From a virus (lineage: Duplodnaviria > Caudoviricetes), in the IMG/VR virus record IMGVR_UViG_3300016467_001112, positions 1-32,325 of that record: a stretch of 32,325 nt of DNA; one strand, written 5' to 3'. The stretch's first letter is position 1, and each line of letters begins with the position of its first letter. A program made the position numbers and the translations under genes. The notes under the pieces were generated by a model. That model did not search any database, was not told where the DNA came from, and was given only the letters and a program-made list of their open reading frames with translations. Below, piece by piece: positions 16,703-25,803 of the stretch.

Positions 16703-17085
16703 ATAGACTTCTTTTCAATCCCTCTTGAGGAAAACCAGTGGGGGCCGTAGTTCACGGTCATCTGTTCCCCTTTTTTGACTTCCCTTATCGTCATGATGGC
16801 CAGGAGGCCGTCGTGGATGTTGGTGGAAAATTCGCAATTGTTGTTGTCACTGTGGTTGTAGAACATAGTCCACCCCATCGGCAGGGCAAGTTTGTCGCCC
16901 CAGGCCAGCACGTATTTGAACACCTCTTGGTCGGATGCTATTGAGTTGTTCTCGCAAACGACGACGGGAGCAACCTCCACAAATATGCCGGCCTCTATAT
17001 TTGAATTGGCTACAACTCCCAGTCCAACGTCTTCAAACCATACGATGGAAAGTCTGTTGTCTATGAATGGCAGGTGATCTTTCAT
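16699..17085 (-). CDS. SET-domain protein (putative protein-lysine methyltransferase)
   Basis: GLGVVA...I.AG, YNHSDNNNC and REVKKGEQMTVNYG..W SET signature motifs. Confidence 0.9.
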   Translation of the reverse strand: MKDHLPFIDNRLSIVWFEDVGLGVVANSNIEAGIFVEVAPVVVCENNSIASDQEVFKYVLAWGDKLALPMGWTMFYNHSDNNNCEFSTNIHDGLLAIMTIREVKKGEQMTVNYGPHWFSSRGIEKKSI

Positions 17086-17558
17086 TTTCCCGTAGAGCCG
17101 AACCCCCCGGATCCTCTGTTGGAGTCTCCTAGGCTCTCACATTCAACAAACGGCAGATTGAAGTGGCTCTCTATTATGATCTGCGCTATTCTGTCCCCTT
17201 TTTCTACATGAAAGGTGTTGTGCCTGTCCGTATTCAGCAGGACGACCTTTATTTCGCCGCGATAAGAGCTGTCCACGACTCCCGCAAGAACATCCACGCC
17301 GTGCTTGGATGCCAAGCCTGAGCGGGGAGCAACCCGCCCGTAGAAGCCCTCGGGTATCTCCATTGCTATTCCCGTGCCTACGGTCTTTCTTTCTCCCGGG
17401 TGGATCATGACGCTTTCTGTGGAGAACAGGTCGGCTCCTGCGTCTGTGGGGTTGGATCGGGCCGGGACTTTTGCTTCTTTTTCTAGTTTCACAACCTTGA
17501 GGTTGGGGATGTCAGCATCCGTCTCTGTTCTGTAGAACCAGCGCGATATTGCATTCAT
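17082..17558 (-). CDS. dut: trimeric dUTPase
   Basis: AGADL, APRSGLA, GVVDSSYRGEI, GDRIAQ, RGSGGFGSTG; start re-called at ATG 17558. Confidence 0.97.
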   Translation of the reverse strand: MNAISRWFYRTETDADIPNLKVVKLEKEAKVPARSNPTDAGADLFSTESVMIHPGERKTVGTGIAMEIPEGFYGRVAPRSGLASKHGVDVLAGVVDSSYRGEIKVVLLNTDRHNTFHVEKGDRIAQIIIESHFNLPFVECESLGDSNRGSGGFGSTGK

Positions 17559-17560
17559 TT

Positions 17561-19639
17561 TCAAGCCTCGCACGAAGAACAAGTTAGTATGGATCTGGCA
17601 AGTTCCTGAGCCGGGTTGGCAGAACGCTGGTAGTAGAAGGTTTTGACGCCCATCTCCCAGCCTTCTATGAGGAGGCTGTTGACCTCCTTGGGGGATGCCG
17701 AAGGGGGTATCATAAGATTCAGCGACTGGGATTGATCTATGTACTTCTGCCTCTGGGCCGCCTGAATTACCACTTCCTTTTGGCTGATCTCGCCGAAAGT
17801 CTTGAACACATCCTTTTCTTCCTTGGTGAGGAAGTCCAGGTGCTGCACGGATCCTCCCTTAATTAGGATGCTCTTCCAGGTCTCCTCGTCATTCCTCTCG
17901 TACTTCTTAAGAATCTCCTTGAGATAGGGATTCTTGTACGTGAATTTTCCCTTGGCGAGGTTCTTTACAAAATAGTTGCTGTTGAGTGGCTCTATGCTCG
18001 GACTTACCTGTCCAAGTATGAAACTGCTTGATGTGGTGGGGGCGACCGCAAGGGTTGTTACATTTCTGCGGCCGTATCCCTTTAGCAGTTCGGGTTCTCC
18101 GTACTCCTTTGCCATCTCCTCCGTGGTCTTGTCTGCTCTTTCCCTGATGGTCTTCCATATGTCGGAATTGAGGAGTTTGGCTTGCATGCTTTCAAATGCG
18201 ATCATCTTGCTTTGGAGATAGGAGTGCCAACCTAGAACTCCCAGACCAAGAGCCCGTTGCTTCATGGCGAAGTTCCTAGCGGCTTCCATGTACTTCACGC
18301 CTTCGGTCTTCTTGATGAACTCTTCGCATACTGCGTCGAGGAAGCGAACCATGGTCTCAACGGCGTCGGTGTCTTTGATTTCGTCCCAGTGCAGGAGATT
18401 GAGACTCGACAACACGCACACGAAAGAGTTTTCTTCGTCAGAGAAGAGTTGGATTTCCGAGCAGTTGCCGGTCAGAACGCCGTTGAAGACGGCCTTGTGT
18501 TCAAGCGGTTCATTGACGCAGTATGTGTCGCCGAACCCGTCTTCTTTGATGTCAATGATCTCCACCCTGAACATTCTGCCCTTTTCATTGGAGAACGGAA
18601 GCAGCATGTCCCCCGGCTTGAGTTCTCCAGCCCTGACCTCGCGACCGTCTTTGAGATAGAACTTGTGGTATTCCGTTGTGGAGATGCTGTTCCACACGGT
18701 CGTTTCTGTGTCGTTGTCGTCGAATTCTCTCTTGATAAAATTGAATCTGATGAGTCGTTGGTTTTCGCCCGTCTTGGCTATCTTGGTTTTAGACCATTGC
18801 TTGCCGTTCCAGACTTCGACCTCTCGGCCCTCGTTGTCGCCGATCTTGATCTCTCCCTCCTTTGTGAGAAGCATCGTGTCGGATGAAACGCAGAGGTTGG
18901 ACGCCTTAATCTTAAGTTTGTTGTCCTTGTAGACCTTCGGGGCGTTCTTGTTCGCTGTGTCAACGAACATGATGTAGGGATATCCCGTCTCAAACCTCTT
19001 TTGGATGACCTTAGCCCAAATCTTTCTCTTTTCTTTGTCTCCTTCCACAAGATCTTTCATGAACTTGTCGGTGACGGTGACGCCGATGCTCATGTTCTGG
19101 ATGCTGTGTCCTTCACTTCTGATCTGCAGGAATTCCTCTATGTCCGAGTGTTCTATGGGCATGTATGCGGCAAATGATCCTCTTCTTGCGCTGCCCTGGC
19201 TGATCACCTCTGCGACCTTGTCAAATATCTCCATGAAGTGAACGGCGCCGCTGCTCTCTCCGCCAACACTGATCTTAGTTCCCCTCGGGCGTAGGTCTCC
19301 GAAAAATCCGCTCGTACCTCCGCCCATCTTGCTCATGATTCCGACTTCGGCGGCCTTCGTGAGAATGGCCTCCATGTTGTCCGAAATGAAGCTTCCGAAG
19401 CAGCTTACGGGCAGACCCCTCTTGTTGCCGAAATTAGTCCAGACGGGCGTGGCAAGGGAGTAAAAACCCCTGCTCATGTAGCCCTCGAATTTGTCCGCAA
19501 ATCCCTTGATTTTGAGTATTTTTTCCGCGTTTTCTGCGATCTGTCTGATTCTCTGCTCGGGGGTCACTTCGGGTTCGAGATAACCCCTCTCCAGGAAGAG
19601 ACGGCTGTGGGAGTTCAGCCAATAATATTCTTTGGTCAT
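17561..19639 (-). CDS. nrdA: class I ribonucleotide reductase alpha subunit (short, no ATP cone), intein-containing
   Basis: GLPVSCF, GGGT, RRGS, SNL[intein]CSEI, LGLGVLG, APTTSSS, KT.YYQRS and C-terminal CSSC. Confidence 0.96.
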   Translation of the reverse strand: MTKEYYWLNSHSRLFLERGYLEPEVTPEQRIRQIAENAEKILKIKGFADKFEGYMSRGFYSLATPVWTNFGNKRGLPVSCFGSFISDNMEAILTKAAEVGIMSKMGGGTSGFFGDLRPRGTKISVGGESSGAVHFMEIFDKVAEVISQGSARRGSFAAYMPIEHSDIEEFLQIRSEGHSIQNMSIGVTVTDKFMKDLVEGDKEKRKIWAKVIQKRFETGYPYIMFVDTANKNAPKVYKDNKLKIKASNLCVSSDTMLLTKEGEIKIGDNEGREVEVWNGKQWSKTKIAKTGENQRLIRFNFIKREFDDNDTETTVWNSISTTEYHKFYLKDGREVRAGELKPGDMLLPFSNEKGRMFRVEIIDIKEDGFGDTYCVNEPLEHKAVFNGVLTGNCSEIQLFSDEENSFVCVLSSLNLLHWDEIKDTDAVETMVRFLDAVCEEFIKKTEGVKYMEAARNFAMKQRALGLGVLGWHSYLQSKMIAFESMQAKLLNSDIWKTIRERADKTTEEMAKEYGEPELLKGYGRRNVTTLAVAPTTSSSFILGQVSPSIEPLNSNYFVKNLAKGKFTYKNPYLKEILKKYERNDEETWKSILIKGGSVQHLDFLTKEEKDVFKTFGEISQKEVVIQAAQRQKYIDQSQSLNLMIPPSASPKEVNSLLIEGWEMGVKTFYYQRSANPAQELARSILTCSSCEA
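18464..18892 (-). mobile_element. mini-intein (143 aa, no homing endonuclease)
   Basis: Starts CVSSDTMLLT, block B TTEYHKF, ELKPGD, block F DTYCV, ends GVLTGN followed by C+1; removal restores SNLCSE. Confidence 0.95.
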
Positions 19640-19677
19640 TTCTTTCTTTCTAGGCTTTCTTACCTACTAGAGTTAAA

Positions 19678-20649
19678 TCAAAACAACTCTTCTGCCGCGA
19701 AACTTTTTGCCCGTTTTGAGTACTCTACGGGTCTTGAATGGAAGAAATCCGACTGGTTGTTGCCCAGGACTTGCTCCTCGAACCAGACCGTCTTCGAAAG
19801 CAGTTCCTTGTTTACATCGAATATCTTCTTGAATCCGATCTCCTTGAGCGATTCGTTCATTCTGTTCTTGACGAACTCCTTGAGGATTTCAGAATTGAGT
19901 TTCTCCTCGCCGTATCCGTTCACAATCCACTCTATGATCTGGAGCTCGTATTTGACAGCCTCGTTGGCTTCGTGGATGATCTTTTCCTTGAGTTCCTCGT
20001 CAAACAGTTCGGGATGCTCTTTTTTGATGACATTGATGATCTTCATGCCGATCATCGCATGGAGGTTTTCTTCCCTGCTAGTGTATTCAACCTGCTTGTT
20101 GGTGTCCTTGAGGACATTCTTGTATCTTCCAAACCAACTTATGGTGTAGAACTGCGAGAAGAGCGCGATGTTCTCAACGAAGAGAGTAAAGAGTATTAGT
20201 GAGTATATGAACTGCTTCTTGTTGTCGGAGTGGAACTTGTGAAGGTGTTTCCTCAGATAATTAACTCTTCCCTTAATGATGTCAAGCTCAAGTATCTCAT
20301 CGAAGGCGTCGTCGATTCCGAGAACTTCAAGGAGGCGCTCGTAGGCGTCGCCGTGTATCACTTCGGTATTGGCCATGACATAACCCATGTCATTGATGCT
20401 CGGATGAGGCAGGTTGTCGCCGAGTTTCGCCCAGAACTTCTTGACGCTGATTTCCAGCTGGCCGATGGTCGCGAGGGCGCGGACTATTATCTCCTTCTCC
20501 TGCTCCGTGAGCGAGACCCTGAAGTCTTGTATGTCGCTGGAGAAGCTGAATTCCTTGTCTGTCCAGAAGCCGTTGTGCATGGCCTCTATGAAATCTTGAG
20601 TCCACGGATATCTGTCGGGTTTGCGGCTGATCTGCTCTTCGAAAATCAT
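19678..20649 (-). CDS. nrdB: ribonucleotide reductase beta subunit, class Id-like
   Basis: FW, E66xxxK70, E96xxH99xxxY103, FVEN..LFSQF, EENLH, DFF..RP.EY. Confidence 0.95.
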   Translation of the reverse strand: MIFEEQISRKPDRYPWTQDFIEAMHNGFWTDKEFSFSSDIQDFRVSLTEQEKEIIVRALATIGQLEISVKKFWAKLGDNLPHPSINDMGYVMANTEVIHGDAYERLLEVLGIDDAFDEILELDIIKGRVNYLRKHLHKFHSDNKKQFIYSLILFTLFVENIALFSQFYTISWFGRYKNVLKDTNKQVEYTSREENLHAMIGMKIINVIKKEHPELFDEELKEKIIHEANEAVKYELQIIEWIVNGYGEEKLNSEILKEFVKNRMNESLKEIGFKKIFDVNKELLSKTVWFEEQVLGNNQSDFFHSRPVEYSKRAKSFAAEELF

Positions 20650-20705
20650 GGATTCTCCTGTTGTTTCGGCTTTAGAAGTGTTTTGAATGAGGGTATGTAA
20701 GTCTA

Positions 20706-22715
20706 TTAACTAGATTTTTTTAGATGCGTGAAGCCTTTTCTTTTTTCAAGGCTTATTAACTCGCATCCGTCCAACATTTCTAGCAGATTCTGGTCATGGG
20801 TGGTGATGAAAACTTGCCTGTCTTTTGCGAGTTCCAGAATCATATTATATACCCCAACCACCCCTATTTGGTCAATATTGGTTGTGACCTCGTCCAGAAA
20901 AACAAGACTCGGACACATTCCCGAACTTAGCATCATGACGTAGGCGAAGGCCTGCGAGACTGCGAGGTTGAGTCTTCTTCTCTCTCCGCCGCTCATCGCA
21001 TAGTAGACGAAGGGATCTCCGTCCGAGGGATTTCGCTCTATTTTTTCCTCGAGTTCGTTGTTGAATTCCAGGCTGATTTTTCCATCTATGAGAAATTGAA
21101 GCCAGTATGCGACCCTTGAGTTAAGCGCAGGTATGATTCCGTCTATGATGAATTTTCTTATGCCGGAGTCTCCGAACGCAACTGACCAGAATTCGTAGTA
21201 TGGGAGTTGGTTCTCAAGTTCGTCGAGTTCCTTGTTTTTGGATTCAAAATCCGACTCCCTGGTCGCTATCTCTTCTGCCAGGTCGTCTATTATTTTTTTG
21301 AAGGGCGTGTCGCCTTCTAGTTCCCTTTTCTTTTCCGAAACCTGTTCGTTAAGTCCTTCAATTTGCTTTGATATAAGCTGGTTTCTTATGTCCTCGCCTT
21401 GGGGCTTCTCTACTTTGTTAAGGTTGGCGAGTTCTTTTCTTTTTTCGACGAGTTCTTTGGAGGTCTTGGAAAGACTTTCCTTGGCCGAGGCTATTCCCTC
21501 CGAGATTTTAGAGAGGGTTCCTTCTGTGGCCTTCAGCTTTAGGGAGAGCTCTTCCTTCTTGGACGATTCCGACTCCATATCGCCTTGAAGTTTTTCTATG
21601 TCATTGAGTAGTTGCTCGGTGTACTTCTCGTAGTTTTCTTTGGAGACCTTTCCGAGACAGAACTTGCATGTCGCCCCCTCGTTTTTCTCCAACCTTCCTA
21701 TTTCTTTTTTATTTTCTTCTATTTTGGAAGAGATTGCCTTGATTGATCCATCCAATGTGTCTAGGGCTATCTTGTATTCGTTCTGCTTCTGTTTTATCCC
21801 CGAGCACTTTTCTTGGGCAGTGTCCAGAACCTCTTGAATTTTGATTTGTTTTGCTTCCGTCTGTGGTATTTCGGAGTTCAGTTCCCCTATTCTGGCCTGT
21901 GCGGCCTGGTACTTGGAGGACTCGGCTCCTTCTTGGGTGGTCTCGAGCTGGTCTTTGAGTGCCTTTATCTTTGAAAGAAGCGACTTCATGTCGGCCTTCC
22001 TCTGTTCTATCCAGCCCTCCTCCTGCTCCTTGGCAGCCTTGATCCTTGATTTGGACTGCTCTAGTTGTTTGCGTATGTTCTCGTAATCTATCTGAAGGAC
22101 TTTTATTGCGTCCTTCTTTTCTTTTTTCAAGTTCTTGGCTCTTTCGGCGAAGCCTTTGTACTTGTCCAGCGACAGAAGGTTCTCGACTATTTCTCTTTTG
22201 TTGGAAGCATCGCACTCCAGAAAGCTTCCCGCGTTGTTGTCGGTGAATACGACCACATTTACGAATGTTTCATAGTTAAGACCAAGCTTCTCTTCAAGAA
22301 GTTTCTGTGTGGCCGGCTGTCCTCCGAGGGTTATTTCTGTGCTGTCGTCCCATATGCCGTCCGGACTCTCCCAGAGCCTGAGGGTGTCGGGTTTCCTTGT
22401 GCGAACGACCCTGAAGTCGCCCCACCTCACTTCCGTCTTCAAGCCTTTTCCGACTTGATTGTTTATGACGTCCTTGTGGTTAATCTTCTTCGGGTGTTTT
22501 ATTGTCTTTCCGAAGAGCGTGTAGACAATAATCTCGGGGATGCTGCTCTTTCCTACTCCGTTGCTGGCGACTCTAGACTCGCTGTCTACCACGTCGAGGT
22601 TGAATCCCTTGACGAGGACTATGTTGCCATGATCCTTGAAATTCAGCTCAAAGGCCTCTGGTCCGAAGCAGAGGAAATTCTGCGCATAGATGTACTTGAT
22701 GTCTAGGCTCTTCAT
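20706..22715 (-). CDS. SbcC/Rad50-like recombination ATPase (T4 gp46-like)
   Basis: Walker A NGVGKS, coiled coil with CKFC zinc hook, MSGGERRR signature, FLDE, ITH; start at ATG 22715 overlapping the upstream stop. Confidence 0.95.
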   Translation of the reverse strand: MKSLDIKYIYAQNFLCFGPEAFELNFKDHGNIVLVKGFNLDVVDSESRVASNGVGKSSIPEIIVYTLFGKTIKHPKKINHKDVINNQVGKGLKTEVRWGDFRVVRTRKPDTLRLWESPDGIWDDSTEITLGGQPATQKLLEEKLGLNYETFVNVVVFTDNNAGSFLECDASNKREIVENLLSLDKYKGFAERAKNLKKEKKDAIKVLQIDYENIRKQLEQSKSRIKAAKEQEEGWIEQRKADMKSLLSKIKALKDQLETTQEGAESSKYQAAQARIGELNSEIPQTEAKQIKIQEVLDTAQEKCSGIKQKQNEYKIALDTLDGSIKAISSKIEENKKEIGRLEKNEGATCKFCLGKVSKENYEKYTEQLLNDIEKLQGDMESESSKKEELSLKLKATEGTLSKISEGIASAKESLSKTSKELVEKRKELANLNKVEKPQGEDIRNQLISKQIEGLNEQVSEKKRELEGDTPFKKIIDDLAEEIATRESDFESKNKELDELENQLPYYEFWSVAFGDSGIRKFIIDGIIPALNSRVAYWLQFLIDGKISLEFNNELEEKIERNPSDGDPFVYYAMSGGERRRLNLAVSQAFAYVMMLSSGMCPSLVFLDEVTTNIDQIGVVGVYNMILELAKDRQVFITTHDQNLLEMLDGCELISLEKRKGFTHLKKSS

Positions 22716-23791
22716 TCTGTCTCCCGGCATATTTCCGTGCCGATCCTAATGAGCATTTCCTTGTCAAGGTTTTCGGAGTTAGCTTGCTCTACGTATTTCT
22801 CAAGCATCTCCTCCTCCTTGTACAAGATCGCCTTGGCGTCTTTTATTGCGTGATCCTCCTGCTTCTGGACCTGCTTTATCTCTAGGGACGAAACCTTGGA
22901 GTTCTCAAGTAGGCTTTGTCGGATTTCAGTCATCTGCCTGCTGGCTATGTCCTCCACTTCTAGCCTCACAAAATGTCCTTCCAAGTCATAATCGGAAAGC
23001 TCATTCTCCTTGAGGATGTAGTGCTTGGGGCTGAATGTGTTTTCTATGTACTCGCAGCTTCCGTCCGACGAGTCAAAGATTATCACATGCTTTGATTGAA
23101 AGGCTTCGCCGAATGAAAGTTGCAATGGCGATCCGACGTATTCAACTTTGTCATCTAGTTTCTGTTCGGCGTGGTAGTGTCCAAGGAACACGCGATCCCA
23201 GTTGGCGAATATGTCGGATCCCACTCTCACCATATCGCCGTCGTGTTCTATAGTGACTTCCGACATCGTCTTGTATTTGACATTCCAGACGGCTCCGTCC
23301 ACGGATATGTGTCCTCCGAGGACTTTCATGCATCTGCTGCCTTTGGCCTTCCAATCTTTTTCCACTGCCTTCAAATCTTCTATCGGATTGTGGGTGTAGG
23401 GAAGGAAGCCGAAGGGGAATTCCTCATCATTGCAACGGATGATCTCTACGCTCGGGGAACTAATTACCTTGACGCCGGGAAGGCTTTTCAAGGGGTTGAC
23501 GCTGGATACATCTAGTTTCTGATAGTGCCACAGATCGTGGTTTCCAAGCAGAAGGAAGAGATTGGTTTTTCCGTCTAGGTGCTTTTCAAGGACATCAAAA
23601 GTCTTCTGATATGTCAACACATCTATCTTCTGTCTGTCGTGGAATAGGTCGCCGAGGAAGACGATGTTGCTTATCTTCCTTTTGCTGGCTGTTTCGAATA
23701 TCCATTCCAACGCTTCTATGCAATGATCAAGCCTCTCCGAAGAGCGCTTGTGGGGGTGGATGTGGAGATCGCTGAATATCAGAACTTTCAT
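22712..23791 (-). CDS. SbcD/Mre11-like metallophosphoesterase nuclease (T4 gp47-like)
   Basis: SDLH, GDLFH, GNHD, GHYH, YVGSPLQLSFGE. Confidence 0.95.
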   Translation of the reverse strand: MKVLIFSDLHIHPHKRSSERLDHCIEALEWIFETASKRKISNIVFLGDLFHDRQKIDVLTYQKTFDVLEKHLDGKTNLFLLLGNHDLWHYQKLDVSSVNPLKSLPGVKVISSPSVEIIRCNDEEFPFGFLPYTHNPIEDLKAVEKDWKAKGSRCMKVLGGHISVDGAVWNVKYKTMSEVTIEHDGDMVRVGSDIFANWDRVFLGHYHAEQKLDDKVEYVGSPLQLSFGEAFQSKHVIIFDSSDGSCEYIENTFSPKHYILKENELSDYDLEGHFVRLEVEDIASRQMTEIRQSLLENSKVSSLEIKQVQKQEDHAIKDAKAILYKEEEMLEKYVEQANSENLDKEMLIRIGTEICRETE

Positions 23792-23826
23792 GGGCTTTCC
23801 GGACGCCCATTGTATCTAATATTATC

Positions 23827-24168
23827 TTATTGTCCAGATTTCTTTAGGGACTTTTCCAGAGCCTTCCACACATCCACGCTGTTGATCCTTTGGACTTTTG
23901 CGGCGGGAGCGGGGGACGCTCCTCCTTCTGGACCGAGACCCGAGGACATTCCTCCCATCGGAGGTCCTCCGAGGCCTGGTGGTGGACCTCCCGGCCCTCC
24001 GCCCAAACCTGGCGGGATGCCCATGCCGACTCCGCCTCCCGGCGGACCGCCCCCTGGAGGTGCGGCGTCCGGAGGGCCTCCCGGTCCTCCCGGCGGACCT
24101 TTCGGGCCACCTGGGGGTGGGCCGGGGGGCGTCGCCTCCATCATCATATATTGGTAGAAAGTCTTCAC
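23827..24168 (-). CDS. Gly/Pro-rich low-complexity protein
   Basis: GTG start 5 nt after TATATA; MKTFYQYMMME then GGPPG-type repeats and a C-terminal amphipathic helix. Confidence 0.8.
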   Translation of the reverse strand: MKTFYQYMMMEATPPGPPPGGPKGPPGGPGGPPDAAPPGGGPPGGGVGMGIPPGLGGGPGGPPPGLGGPPMGGMSSGLGPEGGASPAPAAKVQRINSVDVWKALEKSLKKSGQ

Positions 24169-24222
24169 GGACTTATATATGCCATGTCTATATAATTAAG
24201 GACTGAACAAAGGAGGTTCAAA

Positions 24223-24399
24223 ATGGACAACATGGACGCTAAAGATCTTATCGTTCTTTTGGTGACTATATTTCTTCCGCCACTGGGGGTCGCCATCAAA
24301 TTCGGATTCGGACTCAAATTCTGGCTGAATCTGGCCTTGACATTCCTTGGGTACATTCCTGGGCTCGTCCACGGCCTATATGTCGTTCTCAAAGGTTGA
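24223..24399 (+). CDS. Pmp3/YqaE-family membrane proteolipid (58 aa; not in ORF track)
   Basis: MDNMDAKDLIVLLVTIFLPPLGVAIKFGFGLKFWLNLALTFLGYIPGLVHGLYVVLKG*; strong SD AAGGAGGT. Confidence 0.93.
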   Translation: MDNMDAKDLIVLLVTIFLPPLGVAIKFGFGLKFWLNLALTFLGYIPGLVHGLYVVLKG

Positions 24400-24973
24400 T
24401 TTGGGGAATCTTTGATACGATCATGTTCCAGTTTTTTCGGACCCATTCATGAAATGCCTTTTCTGCGGCCTTGGGACCGATTTCGCTGGTCTTGCCTGTG
24501 GTCTGGAACTCGATCTCGTGGGTGGCCTCGTGGACTATCGTGCTGGCGATCTCCACGACGGCCTCCTTCGTGTCGCCCAACTCCCGGACTATCTTCTGAA
24601 CGTTCACATGGATGACATCCGAAGGGACGATCTGTCTCTCGTCTATGTCAGGAATGTGCTGTTTTATGACCGCATTGGGAACTTTATTTAGTGCATTCTG
24701 CTGTATGACATTCTGTCCAAATTTAAACTTTATCTTATTGGCGACTGCCGGTCCTATTACCTTCTTGTTTTCAGAGGAAGTATAAAGTCCATAAACCCCG
24801 CTGTTGAGTGGGGCTATGGTGCTTATGTTATTGAGTATTTTCTGGTTGGTTGCACGTCCGTAGAGTTGCACGAGCTTTATCGCGTACTTGGCCTTGTTGT
24901 AGAGGTGGTCTATTCTGCTTTGAACCTCGTCGGTACCAACGGTACTCTCTAACCAGCTTCTAAATCCTGTCAT
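24389..24973 (-). CDS. HExxH metallopeptidase-like protein, possible internal head protein
   Basis: Start re-called at MTGFRSWLE (TATATA-N5-ATG); STIVHEATHEIE...SE. Confidence 0.75.
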   Translation of the reverse strand: MTGFRSWLESTVGTDEVQSRIDHLYNKAKYAIKLVQLYGRATNQKILNNISTIAPLNSGVYGLYTSSENKKVIGPAVANKIKFKFGQNVIQQNALNKVPNAVIKQHIPDIDERQIVPSDVIHVNVQKIVRELGDTKEAVVEIASTIVHEATHEIEFQTTGKTSEIGPKAAEKAFHEWVRKNWNMIVSKIPQINL

Positions 24974-25002
24974 GGGCATATATACCTTATCTGGAGGTGA
25001 AA

Positions 25003-25209
25003 ATGCAAATTGTGAGCGATTTTTGGTGGGTGTGGCTCGTGGCCTTTGTGCTTTCGGGAATTTATATTTTGCGAGCAAGACAAAAGGCATCTGAAGGAGT
25101 CCAGGCTCAATTTGTCGTGACGGGATGTCTGCTTTTTGTTTTTTACTCCGTATGTTTCTTGTCTGGCGTGTGTACTATATTGAATTTTATTTGGAGATGG
25201 GTTCTGTAA
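25003..25209 (+). CDS. small two-TM membrane protein
   Basis: SD GGAGGT; two hydrophobic stretches separated by a basic loop. Confidence 0.7.
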   Translation: MQIVSDFWWVWLVAFVLSGIYILRARQKASEGVQAQFVVTGCLLFVFYSVCFLSGVCTILNFIWRWVL

Positions 25210-25212
25210 ATT

Positions 25213-25803
25213 ATGGAATACGAATTAAATCATTTGACTCAAGATACCCGGAGGGTGGCCGGGCCGATCCAGGACGACGAGGCTCTTCTTTTGTATGCTT
25301 TCATACGATGCTCTGGGGCGAAGGTTATTTTGGAAGTCGGCGGACAAACTGGGTATTCGGCAAAAAACTTTTTAGCGGCCGTTGGATCCGATGGAAAGGT
25401 TTACACGGTAGATGTCAATCCCGTGCCGAAACTTGGAGAAAATCACATTTTCATTCAGTCCAACATAGTTGATCTTGATTTGGAAGGCATTCCCAAGTGC
25501 GATTTAGTTTTTTACGACGCTCATGCGTACAAAGAACAGTATGAATTTCATAAAAAAGCATCAGAATCAAAAGTAATAGATGATTCGACCACGATAGTTT
25601 GTCACGACACCGGCCTGCACAGCCAGCAGTTCGTCGGGTGGTCTGTTCCCCACGGGAGCCATTGGATGCATCAGTCCGCCGAACGCATGCTTGTGAGAAA
25701 ACTTTGCGAAGACGGATATCAAGCCATCCATGTTCACGATGACGATTCTTCGGAACCCAGGCACGGCTTGACAATACTGCAGATGCCGAAAGAACTAGCA
25801 TAG
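25213..25803 (+). CDS. class I SAM-dependent methyltransferase (Methyltransf_24-like)
   Basis: ILEVGGQTGYSA, VYTVD, DLVFYDAH.Y, IVCHDT. Confidence 0.88.
   Translation: MEYELNHLTQDTRRVAGPIQDDEALLLYAFIRCSGAKVILEVGGQTGYSAKNFLAAVGSDGKVYTVDVNPVPKLGENHIFIQSNIVDLDLEGIPKCDLVFYDAHAYKEQYEFHKKASESKVIDDSTTIVCHDTGLHSQQFVGWSVPHGSHWMHQSAERMLVRKLCEDGYQAIHVHDDDSSEPRHGLTILQMPKELA

Noticed and set aside
18464-18892. Homing endonuclease inside the intein
   Set aside because: Only 143 aa with no LAGLIDADG or HNH motif; the splicing blocks account for nearly all of the length
23890-24135. Collagen-like repeat
   Set aside because: Gly is not in a sustained every-third-residue register (GG and PPP runs break it)
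25003-25209. Holin call for the two-TM protein
   Set aside because: Topology is compatible, but there is no adjacent endolysin or family motif
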